DNA of 64,000 bases from Desulfurococcales archaeon (lineage in GTDB: Archaea; Thermoproteota; Thermoprotei_A; Sulfolobales; NBVN01). The notes under the pieces are model-generated. The model did no database searches. It had not been told where the DNA came from and saw only the letters and a program-made list of their open reading frames with translations. The stretch spans positions 6,888-70,887 of the forward strand of contig JALVVU010000007.1 of assembly GCA_027023255.1 (NCBI GenBank), read 5' to 3'. Of the stretch, positions 36,075 through 46,692 are shown piece by piece (position 1 is the stretch's first letter; every line of letters starts with the position of its first letter). Position numbers and translations under genes: made by a program.

Positions 36075-36959
36075 TCACTCCTCCGGCACTTTCCCCAGCA
36101 ATACCTTCCCTTTAAAGAAGGAGACGTGGAGAGCTCCATCATAGAACTTTGTTTCCACGTTCCGTGATTTTAACCTACTGTTAACCTCATCCTCACTCAT
36201 TAGGGCTGGGTCGAGCGTGTCTGATGCAGCTATGAAGTTGCATGCGTACCCGAATGATGGTATCCATACCCAGTACTCTCTAACGATGCTGAAGTTCGCT
36301 TTGATATTCTCTAGTACCCTAGCATATGTTCTTGGATAGAAGAAGGAGTTACCGGCTTGAGTTACCATTATACCATCATCTTTCATTACTGACTTAACCA
36401 TGGCGTAAAACTCCTTGCTATATAGTTTTCTCGAGATTTCCGGACCGTATGGATCTGTCAGGTCTAGCACAACAACGTCGAAGTACTTCCTCGGTGCTAT
36501 ATCTTTAACGTACTTGTAGCCGTCCTCTATTAGTAACTTGCTTCTTGGATCGTTGAATGATCCTTGATGCATGAAGTCTAAGTACTTCTTTGCGAACTCA
36601 ATTAACTCGCCGTCTATATCAACCATTACCGCTTCATCGATAGATGAATGCTTTAGGATTTCCCTTAGCGTCGCTCCCTCCCCGCCTCCAATAATGAGGG
36701 CCTTCTTAGGGTGCGGGTGCGTTACGGTGATGGGATGAACTAGTGATTCGTGATATATGAACTCGTCATTCTCCGTTGATTGAATGTATCCATCAAGTAC
36801 TAGGGCCCGTCCGTACTCATAGAGCTCAAGTATCTGGACCTCTTGGTACTTCGTCCTAGCAGTCAATATGAATCTCTTCACTCTCGTCATGAATGCTGCG
36901 TTCGGTGAAACACCCTCGAAGATCACTGGACCGTATTTAAGGCCTACGTCACCCATCAT
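36075..36959 (-). CDS. speE: Polyamine aminopropyltransferase (spermidine/thermospermine synthase family)
   Basis: TKYQ, LVLDG, DEFIYHESLVHP, IIGGGEGATLRE and DLTDP. Confidence 0.92.
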   Translation of the reverse strand: MMGDVGLKYGPVIFEGVSPNAAFMTRVKRFILTARTKYQEVQILELYEYGRALVLDGYIQSTENDEFIYHESLVHPITVTHPHPKKALIIGGGEGATLREILKHSSIDEAVMVDIDGELIEFAKKYLDFMHQGSFNDPRSKLLIEDGYKYVKDIAPRKYFDVVVLDLTDPYGPEISRKLYSKEFYAMVKSVMKDDGIMVTQAGNSFFYPRTYARVLENIKANFSIVREYWVWIPSFGYACNFIAASDTLDPALMSEDEVNSRLKSRNVETKFYDGALHVSFFKGKVLLGKVPEE

Positions 36960-37053
36960 CCACTACCTCAGGTACATTAACCTGCCTTACACTATTAAAG
37001 GACGCGTCCCCTAATGTTTAAACTTCCGGTAACGTTTCAAGAGAGGATGAAGG

Positions 37054-37764
37054 ATGGTTGAGGAGAGGTACTTGAGACAGTTGAGGTTGCTTGGGCGTGA
37101 AGGGCAGGAGAGACTACGTGAGGCGACAGTGCTTGTGGCTGGTCTTGGGGGATTAGGGTCGCCAGTTACGTTATACTTAAGTGCTGCTGGGGTAGGCAAG
37201 CTATTTCTAGTTGATGAGGGGAGGCTGGAGCTGAGTAACCTGAACAGGCAAGTACTTTACAGTGTTAATGACGTAGGGAAATTAAAGGCCTTAGTCGCGG
37301 CCGAGAGGGTACGTAGCCTTAATCCTGATGTTGAAGTCGAGCCTTACGTGATGAACGTGCGGGATGAGAGGTTTGAGGAACTTGTACGTCGGGCTGACGT
37401 GGTTGTTGATTGCCTTGATAATTGGGCTGGAAGGTTAACACTCGATAAACTAACGTGGATTTACTCCAAACCCCTAGTGCATGGCGGGATAGCTGAGTTC
37501 TACGGGCAGGTCACCACCGTATTAAGGGGGGTGACACACTGCCTTAAGTGTGTCCTCGGCATAACTAGCGAGCATGAAGGGGAACCGCCACAGGTGCTCG
37601 GCCCAACGCCTGGCGTTATAGGCGCTATCCAGGCTGCTGAAGTGATCAAGCTTGTGACGGGCATCGGTGAACCGCTATTCAATAGGCTCTTAATCATGGA
37701 TCTTAAGCGGGGAGAATTCACCACGCTCGAGGTTCGCGGTAATCCTGAGTGCGAATGCTGGTGA
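37054..37764 (+). CDS. ThiF/MoeB/UbaA E1-like adenylyltransferase
   Basis: RYLRQ, GLGGLG, LSNLNRQ, DCLDN and CLKC. Confidence 0.9.
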   Translation: MVEERYLRQLRLLGREGQERLREATVLVAGLGGLGSPVTLYLSAAGVGKLFLVDEGRLELSNLNRQVLYSVNDVGKLKALVAAERVRSLNPDVEVEPYVMNVRDERFEELVRRADVVVDCLDNWAGRLTLDKLTWIYSKPLVHGGIAEFYGQVTTVLRGVTHCLKCVLGITSEHEGEPPQVLGPTPGVIGAIQAAEVIKLVTGIGEPLFNRLLIMDLKRGEFTTLEVRGNPECECW

Positions 37765-37770
37765 TTCGTC

Positions 37771-38373
37771 GTGTTTTTAGAACTAAATGTAGGCGCCCTA
37801 ATCCAGGACATCATAATGCTCTTCATCGTAATTGACCCAATAACCCTTGGGATTTACGTAGGGGCTAATACCGCTGGTCTCGAGCCTAGCCTACGCAAGG
37901 AAATAGTCCTTAGGGGTGTCACCGGCGGCACCATTATCCTGCTCTTCTTCGGTTTAGTTGGGGATTACGTTATGGGTTACTTCGGCATAGAGATACAGGA
38001 CTTCATGATAGCGCTAGGCATACTCTTAATGATAGTCGCCATTCTTGACTTCATGGACATTAGGTACGCTTCAGAGCTACGCAGGGATAAACCCTCACTG
38101 GTCCCCATAGCTACTCCCCTAATAGCTGGTCCCGCAGCGATCTCCACAACAATATACATCAAGTACGCTCACGGCGTAGCCTACGCATTAATAGCCATAG
38201 CAGTTAACGTGTTCCTAACGTACATCTCCATGCTTGGCGGCGCTAAGCTCTCGGAAGTACTCGGCAAGTCCGGCTCTCAATTATTGGATAAAGTCATAGC
38301 CCTAATACTGGCTGGGCTCGCTATCTCACTTATTCGCCGTGGAGTAATCATGATTATAGCGTCGCTAAAGTAA
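37771..38373 (+). CDS. MarC-family membrane protein
   Basis: IDP and VPIATPLIAGP motifs; 6 TM helices. Confidence 0.88.
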   Translation: MFLELNVGALIQDIIMLFIVIDPITLGIYVGANTAGLEPSLRKEIVLRGVTGGTIILLFFGLVGDYVMGYFGIEIQDFMIALGILLMIVAILDFMDIRYASELRRDKPSLVPIATPLIAGPAAISTTIYIKYAHGVAYALIAIAVNVFLTYISMLGGAKLSEVLGKSGSQLLDKVIALILAGLAISLIRRGVIMIIASLK

Positions 38374-38399
38374 ATCACGTAACTGTAAGGTAAGGCACA

Positions 38400-40214
38400 A
38401 TGAGGTTCCCTTACACAACAGCAAGGAAGGGTCAGCTCGAGGCCTGTAAGAGGGTGGCGGAGTCTTTAGGCACATACATAGTCCTTAAAGCTCCCACAGG
38501 CTTCGGCAAGACTATAGTCGCGTTGATCTCACACTCAGATGTTAGCCCAGTACTGTATGGTGTCAGGACGATAAATGAAATGAGTCCCGTAATACGGGAG
38601 CTACGTAGATCGGGTTTCTCCTTCACGTTCGTGTATAGTGCAGCTAAGATGTGTCCCCTAACGCAGGACTCAGGCGGTGGGAGTACGGAGGACTTCTGGG
38701 CTGCATGCAAATCGTTGAGAATGAGAAGAATGTGCCCGTATTTCTTCGGTATTGATGAGAAGCTTGATGATGTGCGGGAATTGCTTAATTCTGAGTCATC
38801 ATTTGATCCCCACGTCCTGACGTCATTGATCTCAAGTAAGGTTGGTGTTTGCCCCTTTTTCTCCCTTACTAGGTTAATCCCTGACTCACAATTTGTTGTT
38901 GTTACGTATCCTTACGTGTTTCGTGAAGAAGTGTTTGACACAGCCTTCACTGATGTCGGGCCTGATGACTTCTACTTAATCTTAGATGAATCCCATACCC
39001 TCCTCATACCTCAGTCCGTGGTTGATGAGGAGATAGATAGTATAACGGTGGAGCAAGCCTTAAAGGAGGTTAAGCAGTATGGTGAGCACTATGATGAGGT
39101 TCTAAGTTACCTGAGGAACCTCTTAGACATAGTTAGTGAGCAGAAAGGGAGGCTACTGAAGCGTGTGGATAAGACCCTAGTTCTCCCTGGCGAAGGCACG
39201 CTATTTCTCCTGGAGGATGCCCTCGCCGAGATAAGGTTGAAGAAATTGCTTAGAGCACCGAGCGTGTCGGACGCTGTTGCCTTAAGCACTAAGTTAAGTA
39301 AGGTTGTTAAGTTCCTCCGCTACTTAAAAGAGCCTGATTTCCAGTCCTACGGATACCTTTCAGAGTCTGAGGTGAGCGTTCTTAAGGCGCTTCCCTTAGG
39401 TTACGGGTTCATCAAGAGGAGGCTTTCACTGTTCAAAGGCGTCCTACTCATGTCCGGCACGATGCCTCCCACACACATATTATCGCCAATTTGCGGGAGT
39501 AACCTAACATACATCGACATAGAGTCTGAGTATGGACGTGTGTTCCCTCGCCATAATATAGCGTATATTGTCGTAACCAGCGTTACCTCCAGCTACAGGT
39601 ACCGCAGTAAGGGGATGTATGAGAGGTACGCTAAGTTAATCGAGGCAGTGTTCAATGCTGTCCCTAAGGGCGTGACGTTAGTCGTCTATCCTAGCTACAA
39701 CTTCATGAGTAACGTCCTGCAGTACTTGGTCATTAATGGTAAGCAGTTCGAGGAAGGTAGAGGAACTAAGTATGAGGAGTTGCTTAAGGCTGCTTCCACC
39801 ACCGATAAGGTATTGGTTCACTGCGTAGCAGGTGGCAAGATAACTGAGGGGTTAGAGCTACTCGACGGTAAGGGCAGGTCATTAATTAAGGCAGTAGTGG
39901 TTGCTGGCGTACCTTATCCACAGCCAGACGACTATGCTAGGGACTTTGAGAGAGTTATGGAGGGAATCGTGGGGGCCTCCGCACGCACGTACGTCATGGA
40001 GTTACCAGCTGTGATAAAGGTCATGCAGGCGGCTGGACGCGCCATAAGATCCGAACATGACGAAGCTGTGGTGGTACTCTGCGACAGAAGATACATGATG
40101 CCGAAGTTGAGGGAGTTACTTAATGAGAGGTACGACAGAATCTGCAGGGATGAAAATGAGTTAGTATCCGCTATTAGGTCATTCTTTGAAGGTAAGCTCT
40201 TAACCCGCTCATGA
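38400..40214 (+). CDS. XPD/DinG-family Fe-S helicase
   Basis: APTGFGKT, four Fe-S cysteines, DESH, MSGT, GKITEG and QAAGRAIR. Confidence 0.88.
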   Translation: MRFPYTTARKGQLEACKRVAESLGTYIVLKAPTGFGKTIVALISHSDVSPVLYGVRTINEMSPVIRELRRSGFSFTFVYSAAKMCPLTQDSGGGSTEDFWAACKSLRMRRMCPYFFGIDEKLDDVRELLNSESSFDPHVLTSLISSKVGVCPFFSLTRLIPDSQFVVVTYPYVFREEVFDTAFTDVGPDDFYLILDESHTLLIPQSVVDEEIDSITVEQALKEVKQYGEHYDEVLSYLRNLLDIVSEQKGRLLKRVDKTLVLPGEGTLFLLEDALAEIRLKKLLRAPSVSDAVALSTKLSKVVKFLRYLKEPDFQSYGYLSESEVSVLKALPLGYGFIKRRLSLFKGVLLMSGTMPPTHILSPICGSNLTYIDIESEYGRVFPRHNIAYIVVTSVTSSYRYRSKGMYERYAKLIEAVFNAVPKGVTLVVYPSYNFMSNVLQYLVINGKQFEEGRGTKYEELLKAASTTDKVLVHCVAGGKITEGLELLDGKGRSLIKAVVVAGVPYPQPDDYARDFERVMEGIVGASARTYVMELPAVIKVMQAAGRAIRSEHDEAVVVLCDRRYMMPKLRELLNERYDRICRDENELVSAIRSFFEGKLLTRS

Positions 40215-40797
40215 CAACGTATATCAGTATCAGGTAACCTACGATTATCGCGGTTGATGACGGTGCATACCCTATCGCGATATAGAGCCCCAGGAAGCCC
40301 ACATTCTCGACAACGCTTGACACGGATTCTGTCGTTGAACTATCCTGCAGATGTAGAGGGGCCGTACCATAGAGAGGCAACGTAATAACCCCCGCGGCCA
40401 GTAAGGCTACGGCGAGGGCCGCACGTACCTCCCTCCCGATTCCTAGGATGTCAAATATCGGGAGCAATAACGGTATTGGGGATGGGAACCCAAGTATTAG
40501 GGACACTAAGAGTAGTTCCTTTGCTGGCAACATCACGGCGATCATGGAGAGTACCGCGGACGTCATGGCAAGTACTATGGATGTCATGCCCAGCAACACG
40601 TACTTCAGTGTCTTCCCTGCTGGGGCCTTAACCATTACGGCAATAGCCGCGAGAACAACCACGATATAGGAGAGGAAGGGGGAGAGGAATAGGGTTAGCG
40701 ATAGTATGAATAACCCTACAGTGATTATTACGCCTGAACTAACTCCGTGTTCATGCGTGGCACCCTGTCCTTCTATTCCACTTAACTCCTCGCTCAT
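40174..40797 (-). CDS. Multi-TM hypothetical membrane protein
   Basis: Hydrophobic 207-aa ORF overlapping the upstream gene's stop by 4 nt (ATGA coupling). Confidence 0.7.
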   Translation of the reverse strand: MSEELSGIEGQGATHEHGVSSGVIITVGLFILSLTLFLSPFLSYIVVVLAAIAVMVKAPAGKTLKYVLLGMTSIVLAMTSAVLSMIAVMLPAKELLLVSLILGFPSPIPLLLPIFDILGIGREVRAALAVALLAAGVITLPLYGTAPLHLQDSSTTESVSSVVENVGFLGLYIAIGYAPSSTAIIVGYLILIYVVMSGLRAYLQRMT

Positions 40798-42140
40798 GAC
40801 TTCACGTACCTTGGGCCCACGTTTTCCCTTATGAACTCCCTGTCCTCTATAACAACCTTACCATTCACTATTAAGTGCTTGGCCCACCCGCATAGTTCCA
40901 TACCTTCGTAGGGGGTCCAATCAACCTTATGGTGAAGCACGTCCGGCCTGACCTTAATCGTTAAGTTAGGGTCTATCAGCGCTATATCCGCATCCGAGCC
41001 TACGGTTAAGGTACCTTTCCTTGGGTAAATACCCATTATCTTAGCCGGGTTAGTGGATGTTACCTCAACATACCTCTCAATCGTCAGTAGTCCGAGCCTC
41101 TTGATACCATACGTGAATATTGCTGGGAACATCGTCTCTACCCCAGGTATTCCTCCCCAAGCACTCCACACATCAACTTCCTTCTCATCACGCGGTGAGG
41201 GAGCGTGGTCGGAAGTGACGGCGTCTATAGTCCCGTTCGCTAGGGCCCTCCATAATTCCCGTACGTCATCCTTCGTTTTCAGTGCCGGGTTCATCTTAAG
41301 GTAATTACCCCACTTCATGACGTCGTCCTTAGCGAATAGTAGGTAATGGGGGCAGGTCTCGGCAGTTACCTGTACACCGGCTTCCTTGGCTTTCCTGATG
41401 AGCCTTGCGCTTAGACCTGCTGATATGTGTGCGAAATGTATACGCATGTTCAGCATCTTCGCGATAATGAGTACTCTTGCTACGGCTGAGACCTCGGCTT
41501 CGGCTGGTCTTGACTCATGATGGGCTATTGGGTCATCCCTCCCTAACTTCCTGTACTTTTCGATGAGGTAATCTAGGATGGCGTCGTCCTCGGCATGAAT
41601 CATTACGGTTCCATCGTTTGAATTAACGGCTTCTATGACCTTCGTTATCCCAGCGTCACTTGCTGGGCGGAAGGGTTTGCAAGTGAATAACTTAAACGCC
41701 TTTACCCCTGCGTCACGCAGTTGCTTTATGTTACCGATATTCTTCTCGTTCATCATTCCGGCTATGATGCCGAAGTTGATTACTGAGTTACGTAATCCTT
41801 CCTTGACCTTTATTTCCAGTGTCTTAAGGTCTTCAACATACATTCTCAAGGGCATGTCGTATATTGTTGTTATGGAGCCATACGCTGCCGCCAGCGAGCC
41901 TGTGAAGAAATCTTCATGGTGCGTGTAGTCTGGGTCGTAAATATGTGCGTGGATCTCTATACCGCCCGGCACCGCTATTAATCCCTTGGCATCAATAACC
42001 TTGTCGTACTGATTAACGATTAATTCAGTGTCATGAGCGCTTATCTTCACTACCTTATCGTCCGCTACGTGAATATTAGCCTCCCGCAGGTAGTTACCAT
42101 TGATAAGTACTCTAGCATCCCGTATTAGGAGGGAACCCAA
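40794..42140 (-). CDS. Cyclic amidohydrolase (allantoinase/dihydropyrimidinase/dihydroorotase family)
   Basis: HAH, FKLF, HAED, ETCPHYL, KMNP, SDHAP and AWGGIPGVET (AllB-like). Confidence 0.85.
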   Translation of the reverse strand: MGSLLIRDARVLINGNYLREANIHVADDKVVKISAHDTELIVNQYDKVIDAKGLIAVPGGIEIHAHIYDPDYTHHEDFFTGSLAAAYGSITTIYDMPLRMYVEDLKTLEIKVKEGLRNSVINFGIIAGMMNEKNIGNIKQLRDAGVKAFKLFTCKPFRPASDAGITKVIEAVNSNDGTVMIHAEDDAILDYLIEKYRKLGRDDPIAHHESRPAEAEVSAVARVLIIAKMLNMRIHFAHISAGLSARLIRKAKEAGVQVTAETCPHYLLFAKDDVMKWGNYLKMNPALKTKDDVRELWRALANGTIDAVTSDHAPSPRDEKEVDVWSAWGGIPGVETMFPAIFTYGIKRLGLLTIERYVEVTSTNPAKIMGIYPRKGTLTVGSDADIALIDPNLTIKVRPDVLHHKVDWTPYEGMELCGWAKHLIVNGKVVIEDREFIRENVGPRYVKS

Positions 42141-42150
42141 GGCTTCCCCC

Positions 42151-44004
42151 TCACTCCTCTGCCTTAACCTCTAGGATAGGATCTATGATTTTCCCTGCGA
42201 GGACATCTACCACTCCCTTATCCGTTACCCTGACTTCAGGGATCACTGGTAGAGGGAGTAGTGCTATCGTCATGAAGCATTCATGATAGTTCATCCCCAT
42301 GGCCATGAGGGCCTTCCTGTAAGCTTCCAGCTCTTCGTAAACCTCCTCGAAGGGTTTATCAGACATTAGCCCAGCTATAGGTAACCTCACTGACCCTATC
42401 ACCGCGCCGTTCAGTACGGCAACCATGCCTCCTCCCATCTTTACTAGTTCGTTAACAGCTTTTGCCATCTCGTCCAGTGTTTTACCGACGACTACTACGT
42501 TATGGACGTCGTGAGCTATTGTTTGTGCTAACGCGCCCTTCTTTAGGCCTAAGCCAACAACTATTCCCTTGCCTATGTTGCCTGTTGCGTGGTGTCTTTC
42601 TATAGTTGCTATGTACGCGGTGTCGCCGGTAGGTAGTTCTATAATGCCTTCATTCACGTTTGCTTCTATGATCTCCTTCTTCGTTATTGCTTTCCCAGGG
42701 ACAGCCCGGATCGCTAGGAACTTTACTTTCCCTCCACTTATCGGTGCCTTTATCATTAGGTCCTCCGCTTGGATTCTACGCCCTATGTTCATGGTCTTAT
42801 AGGCTTTCTCAGGGAACCTGTAGCGCTTAGGACTTGTTGCCATATACTTTCCGTTATGAACGACTACCTTGCCGTTCACTATCACGTCCCTTATCTCGAA
42901 CTGCCTGAAGTTCTTTAGAACCACTATGTCTGCGAACCTTCCTGGAGTTACTGCACCTATCTCCGGTAGTTTTAGGTATTCTGCCGCATTTATCGTTGCC
43001 ATCTGAACAGCCGTTATCGGATCTATCCCTAATGAGACAGCCCTCCTGAGGATCCTGTCAAGGTGTCCTTCATCGACTAGGTCAGTAACTTCGATGTCAT
43101 CGCTGGCAAAAACTAGGTACCTCGTGTTGATGCGCATATACGTAAGTATCTTTGAAAGCTCATCTAGATCCTTCCACGCTGATCCCTCCCTGACGAGCAC
43201 GTGCATCCCGTTCCTGAGCTTCATCAGTGCCTCCGTTATGAAGACTGACTCGTGATCGCCTTCGATCCCGGAGGCCGCGTAAGGTACTAGCATGTCCTCC
43301 GGCAGCTGGGGTGCGTGACCATCGACTACCTTGCCAGCTAGTTTCGCGCATGATATCTTCCTCATTATCTCCTCGTCAGCGTTGATTACGCTTAGGAAGT
43401 CCATTACCTCCCCTAAACCTATCACTTCCTCCTCCTTCATCAACTCCTCAGTGTCATCAGCTGTTATTGTTGAGCCCACAGTATCGAGTCCTGCCTTAGT
43501 CGGCGGCACACATGAGGGAACGTAGAAGAAAACTCGGAGGGGAACATAACGTGATTCCTCAATGAACATCTTAATCCCATCAACGCCTAAGACATTCGCA
43601 ATTTCGTGTGGATCAGCCGCTACCGTCGTCGTTCCGTGGATTAGGGCTGCCCTACTGAATTCCTGCACCGTAAGTAGAGAGGACTCTATGTGAACATGCG
43701 GCTCTATGAATCCTGGCGTTACCATCTCGGCGTCTTTGACATCCATTATAATGGTGTTCGGTCCCCTATACTTATCCACGTCAAAATACCCTACGCGGAC
43801 CACGTAGTTATTCCATATTGCAATGTTAACCTTCTCCCTTATGTCGCCGACCACTACGTCAACTAGGTCAGCGTTAGTTATTATTAGGTCGGCCTTCACC
43901 TTGCCCTGAGCGGCGAGCACAATGTTACGCAGGGTCTGAGGGGAGTAATCCTTTCTTAACGTTTTCGTTGTAGCACCCTCACTACCCATGGTTAAATACC
44001 TCAC
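42151..44004 (-). CDS. ade: Adenine deaminase
   Basis: HVHIESS, DPHEIANVLG, PSCVP, DGHAP, DHE, REGS and IAHDVHN. Confidence 0.92.
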   Translation of the reverse strand: MRYLTMGSEGATTKTLRKDYSPQTLRNIVLAAQGKVKADLIITNADLVDVVVGDIREKVNIAIWNNYVVRVGYFDVDKYRGPNTIIMDVKDAEMVTPGFIEPHVHIESSLLTVQEFSRAALIHGTTTVAADPHEIANVLGVDGIKMFIEESRYVPLRVFFYVPSCVPPTKAGLDTVGSTITADDTEELMKEEEVIGLGEVMDFLSVINADEEIMRKISCAKLAGKVVDGHAPQLPEDMLVPYAASGIEGDHESVFITEALMKLRNGMHVLVREGSAWKDLDELSKILTYMRINTRYLVFASDDIEVTDLVDEGHLDRILRRAVSLGIDPITAVQMATINAAEYLKLPEIGAVTPGRFADIVVLKNFRQFEIRDVIVNGKVVVHNGKYMATSPKRYRFPEKAYKTMNIGRRIQAEDLMIKAPISGGKVKFLAIRAVPGKAITKKEIIEANVNEGIIELPTGDTAYIATIERHHATGNIGKGIVVGLGLKKGALAQTIAHDVHNVVVVGKTLDEMAKAVNELVKMGGGMVAVLNGAVIGSVRLPIAGLMSDKPFEEVYEELEAYRKALMAMGMNYHECFMTIALLPLPVIPEVRVTDKGVVDVLAGKIIDPILEVKAEE

Positions 44005-44073
44005 TTGTGTGTTAAACTGAGCAATGAGAAAATAAGGATTTATATATGATGCCTAAATTAAAAGGGGGTATCA

Positions 44074-45474
44074 TTGGCCGATATTTACGTGAGGGGCAAG
44101 TTTGTCATAACCGTGGATAAGGACAGAAAAATTATTAAGGATGGTTGCGTCGCCATCGAAGACGGTCGCATAATAGCGGTCGGTAAGTGTGAGGAGCTTG
44201 ATAAGGACTTCAAGGGCAAGGCGAAGGAGGAGATTAATGCGCCTCGCTCAATAATAATGCCTGGCCTAGTCGACACACACGTGCACTTAGTGCAGGGCAT
44301 GCTCAAGGCCTGCGCAAACTACAAGAGGCTGATTCCTTGGTTAACTAAGTGTGTATGGCCTCTTCAAGGCAACATGACGGCGGATGATGCGTTAGCTGCC
44401 GCCTCCCTCACGATGTTGGAGATGATAAAGACCGGAACGACGACGTTCCTTGAAACAGGGATGGTCGGGAGGTATGGGCCTGACCGCATAATTGAGCGAG
44501 TGCATGACGTGGGGTTAAGGGCGGCGATAGCTAGACACGTAATGGATATGACTGGCTACGCGTTAGAGGAGAACGCACTTCATCCCGGCTTAATAGAGAG
44601 CGGAGAGCAAAGTATGGGAGACACGGAGAGACTCTATAGGAAGTATCACGGGCGGGATGGCAGGATATTCGTTTGGTATGGTCCAAGAACTCCTGGAGCG
44701 GTGAGTGTTGAGCTCTATAGGGAGATATCGGCTAAGGCCAAGGAGCTTGGCACGGGAATAACGATGCACTTAGCTGAGGTTCCTGAGGACGTTGAATACA
44801 TGACGAAGGTCTTCAATAAGAAGCCTGTGGAGTTCGCTCACTGGGTTGGGTTAACTGGACCCAACGTTGTCCTAGTGCACGTCGTGTGGGCGAGTGATGA
44901 GGAAATAGGGCTCCTGGCTAAGACCGGAACACACGTTAGTCATAACCCATCAAGCAACTCCAAGCTCGGTTCCGGCATAGCTAGGGTCGCCGACATGCTG
45001 AAGGCGGGAGTGAACGTCACATTAGGGTGTGATGGCGGGCCAAGTAACGACAATTACGACCTCATAGAGGAAATGAAGATAGCTGCACTGCTACAGCCTG
45101 CAGTGAAGCGCGATGCCGAGGTCATTAGGGCTGAGGACGTAATAGAGATGGCCACCATAAGGGGTGCTCGCGCCCTAGGCCTCGAAAATGAAATAGGGTC
45201 CATAGAGGTAGGCAAGAAGGCTGACATTATCGTCATTAACTATTGGGACCCCAAGCTAATGCCCATGAATGATCCGATCTCACACATAGTGTATGCAGCT
45301 CACGGTGATGACGTTACCGACGTGATAATAGACGGTAAGATAATAATGAGAAATAGGAAGGTGCTCACTATGGATGAGGAGAAGGTTTTAGAGGACGTCC
45401 AGAAACACGCGAGGGAGTTATTCGAGCGCGCGGGAGTTTGTGTCGAACCCAACATTAAGTGGCCCATAGTGTGA
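44074..45474 (+). CDS. Amidohydrolase of the MTA/SAH deaminase / SsnA / guanine deaminase group
   Basis: PGLVDTHVH, MHLAE, HNPSSNSKLGSG and LGCDGGPSN. Confidence 0.85.
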   Translation: MADIYVRGKFVITVDKDRKIIKDGCVAIEDGRIIAVGKCEELDKDFKGKAKEEINAPRSIIMPGLVDTHVHLVQGMLKACANYKRLIPWLTKCVWPLQGNMTADDALAAASLTMLEMIKTGTTTFLETGMVGRYGPDRIIERVHDVGLRAAIARHVMDMTGYALEENALHPGLIESGEQSMGDTERLYRKYHGRDGRIFVWYGPRTPGAVSVELYREISAKAKELGTGITMHLAEVPEDVEYMTKVFNKKPVEFAHWVGLTGPNVVLVHVVWASDEEIGLLAKTGTHVSHNPSSNSKLGSGIARVADMLKAGVNVTLGCDGGPSNDNYDLIEEMKIAALLQPAVKRDAEVIRAEDVIEMATIRGARALGLENEIGSIEVGKKADIIVINYWDPKLMPMNDPISHIVYAAHGDDVTDVIIDGKIIMRNRKVLTMDEEKVLEDVQKHARELFERAGVCVEPNIKWPIV

Positions 45475-45542
45475 CTTAATGAGACCTTCGACATCCGTTA
45501 AATTTTTCTCATTTCAACCCTAATCTCTCGGGGAAATAAATA

Positions 45543-46259
45543 TTGGTAAGTGACTACGTGCGTGAAATAATAGCGAAGAGAATTGCTGGAGACATCGTTA
45601 TGAGTAACGAGCACGGCTCAGCACTTCGTCGCTGGAGGGAGATATTCAACGCCACGCAACAGGAGCTAGCCAGGATAATGGGGATAAGTGCGTCAGTCAT
45701 TAGTGATTACGAGAAAGGGAGGCGCTCCCCAGGGGTTAAGTTCCTTCGTAGGTTCGTTGATGCTTTATTACTCATAGACTCTAAACGGGACTGGGCAACC
45801 GTGAAGCAGCTTGCTAGGTCCCTCAGCATAAATGTTGGTGCGATACTGGATGCTAGAGAACTCAGCATACCGTTAACGCTAGCCGAACTCGTTGACGTTG
45901 TTGAGGGCATTATCGTTAACTCGCACGCCAACCCACGTCTTGAGCTTTACGGTTACACAATAATTGATAGCATCGGAGCTATAGAGACGATGAGTGGTAA
46001 TGAGTTCTGGCAAATAATGGGCACGACCAGTCGAAGAGCATTAGTCTTCACTAAAGTGCACCTAGGGCGTTCACCAATGATAGCCGTGAGAGTTGCGCCG
46101 GTGAAGCCGGCAGCCGTCGTCTTCCACGGTTCTAGGAAGGTGGATCCGCTGGCGATCAGGCTAGCTGATAGGGAGGGTATCCCGTTAATACTGTCGCTTA
46201 AGGAGGACCCCAAGTCGCTGATTAGCGCACTACGAAACGCTACTTCACTGCATCTATGA
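45543..46259 (+). CDS. Archaeal XRE-HTH transcriptional regulator (COG1709-like)
   Basis: IAGDIVMS, SVISDYEKGRR, LYGYTIIDS and GRSPMIAVRV. Confidence 0.85.
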   Translation: MVSDYVREIIAKRIAGDIVMSNEHGSALRRWREIFNATQQELARIMGISASVISDYEKGRRSPGVKFLRRFVDALLLIDSKRDWATVKQLARSLSINVGAILDARELSIPLTLAELVDVVEGIIVNSHANPRLELYGYTIIDSIGAIETMSGNEFWQIMGTTSRRALVFTKVHLGRSPMIAVRVAPVKPAAVVFHGSRKVDPLAIRLADREGIPLILSLKEDPKSLISALRNATSLHL

Positions 46260-46268
46260 CCTTAACCT

Positions 46269-46634
46269 TCACTCACCGGATGTTAGCAGTAGGATTGCCT
46301 GAGCTATGTCACCGTCCGCCTCCTCTAATGCTTTGATGGCTTCATCCCTACTTACGCCGGTTTGCTCCATTACGAAGCGTATATCCTCCTCAGAGAACTT
46401 CACCTCCTTAATCTCAGGCGCCCTCTCAAGTACCTCCTCCTTCCCGCCCATGATCTGGTAGATCTTCTGTCCCTGCGCCTTCATCACGATTACTTGAGGC
46501 GCCCTTATGATTAGCTCTTTATCCTCCAGAGTTATAGTTACCGAGCGCACACCCTCAAGCTCCCTCACGTCAATACCTAACCGCTTCATCGCCCGCTTCA
46601 GATCCCTCGGATTCATCGAGAACATACTCATCAC
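46269..46634 (-). CDS. nac: Archaeal nascent polypeptide-associated complex protein
   Basis: MNPRDLKRAMKRLGI NAC domain and C-terminal UBA (EEDIRFVMEQTGVS...GDIAQAIL). Confidence 0.92.
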   Translation of the reverse strand: MMSMFSMNPRDLKRAMKRLGIDVRELEGVRSVTITLEDKELIIRAPQVIVMKAQGQKIYQIMGGKEEVLERAPEIKEVKFSEEDIRFVMEQTGVSRDEAIKALEEADGDIAQAILLLTSGE

Positions 46635-46692
46635 GACCTCAGTTCAGCTTATTACCTGCCAGAATAAAGGGTTTTCTCAGGTGTTAGGAGGG

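Noticed and set aside
46507..46692. N-terminal extension of the beta-CASP ORF (similar cases at 20379, 22347 and 17234)
   Set aside because: These extensions overlap divergent genes or promoters; conserved motifs begin downstream.
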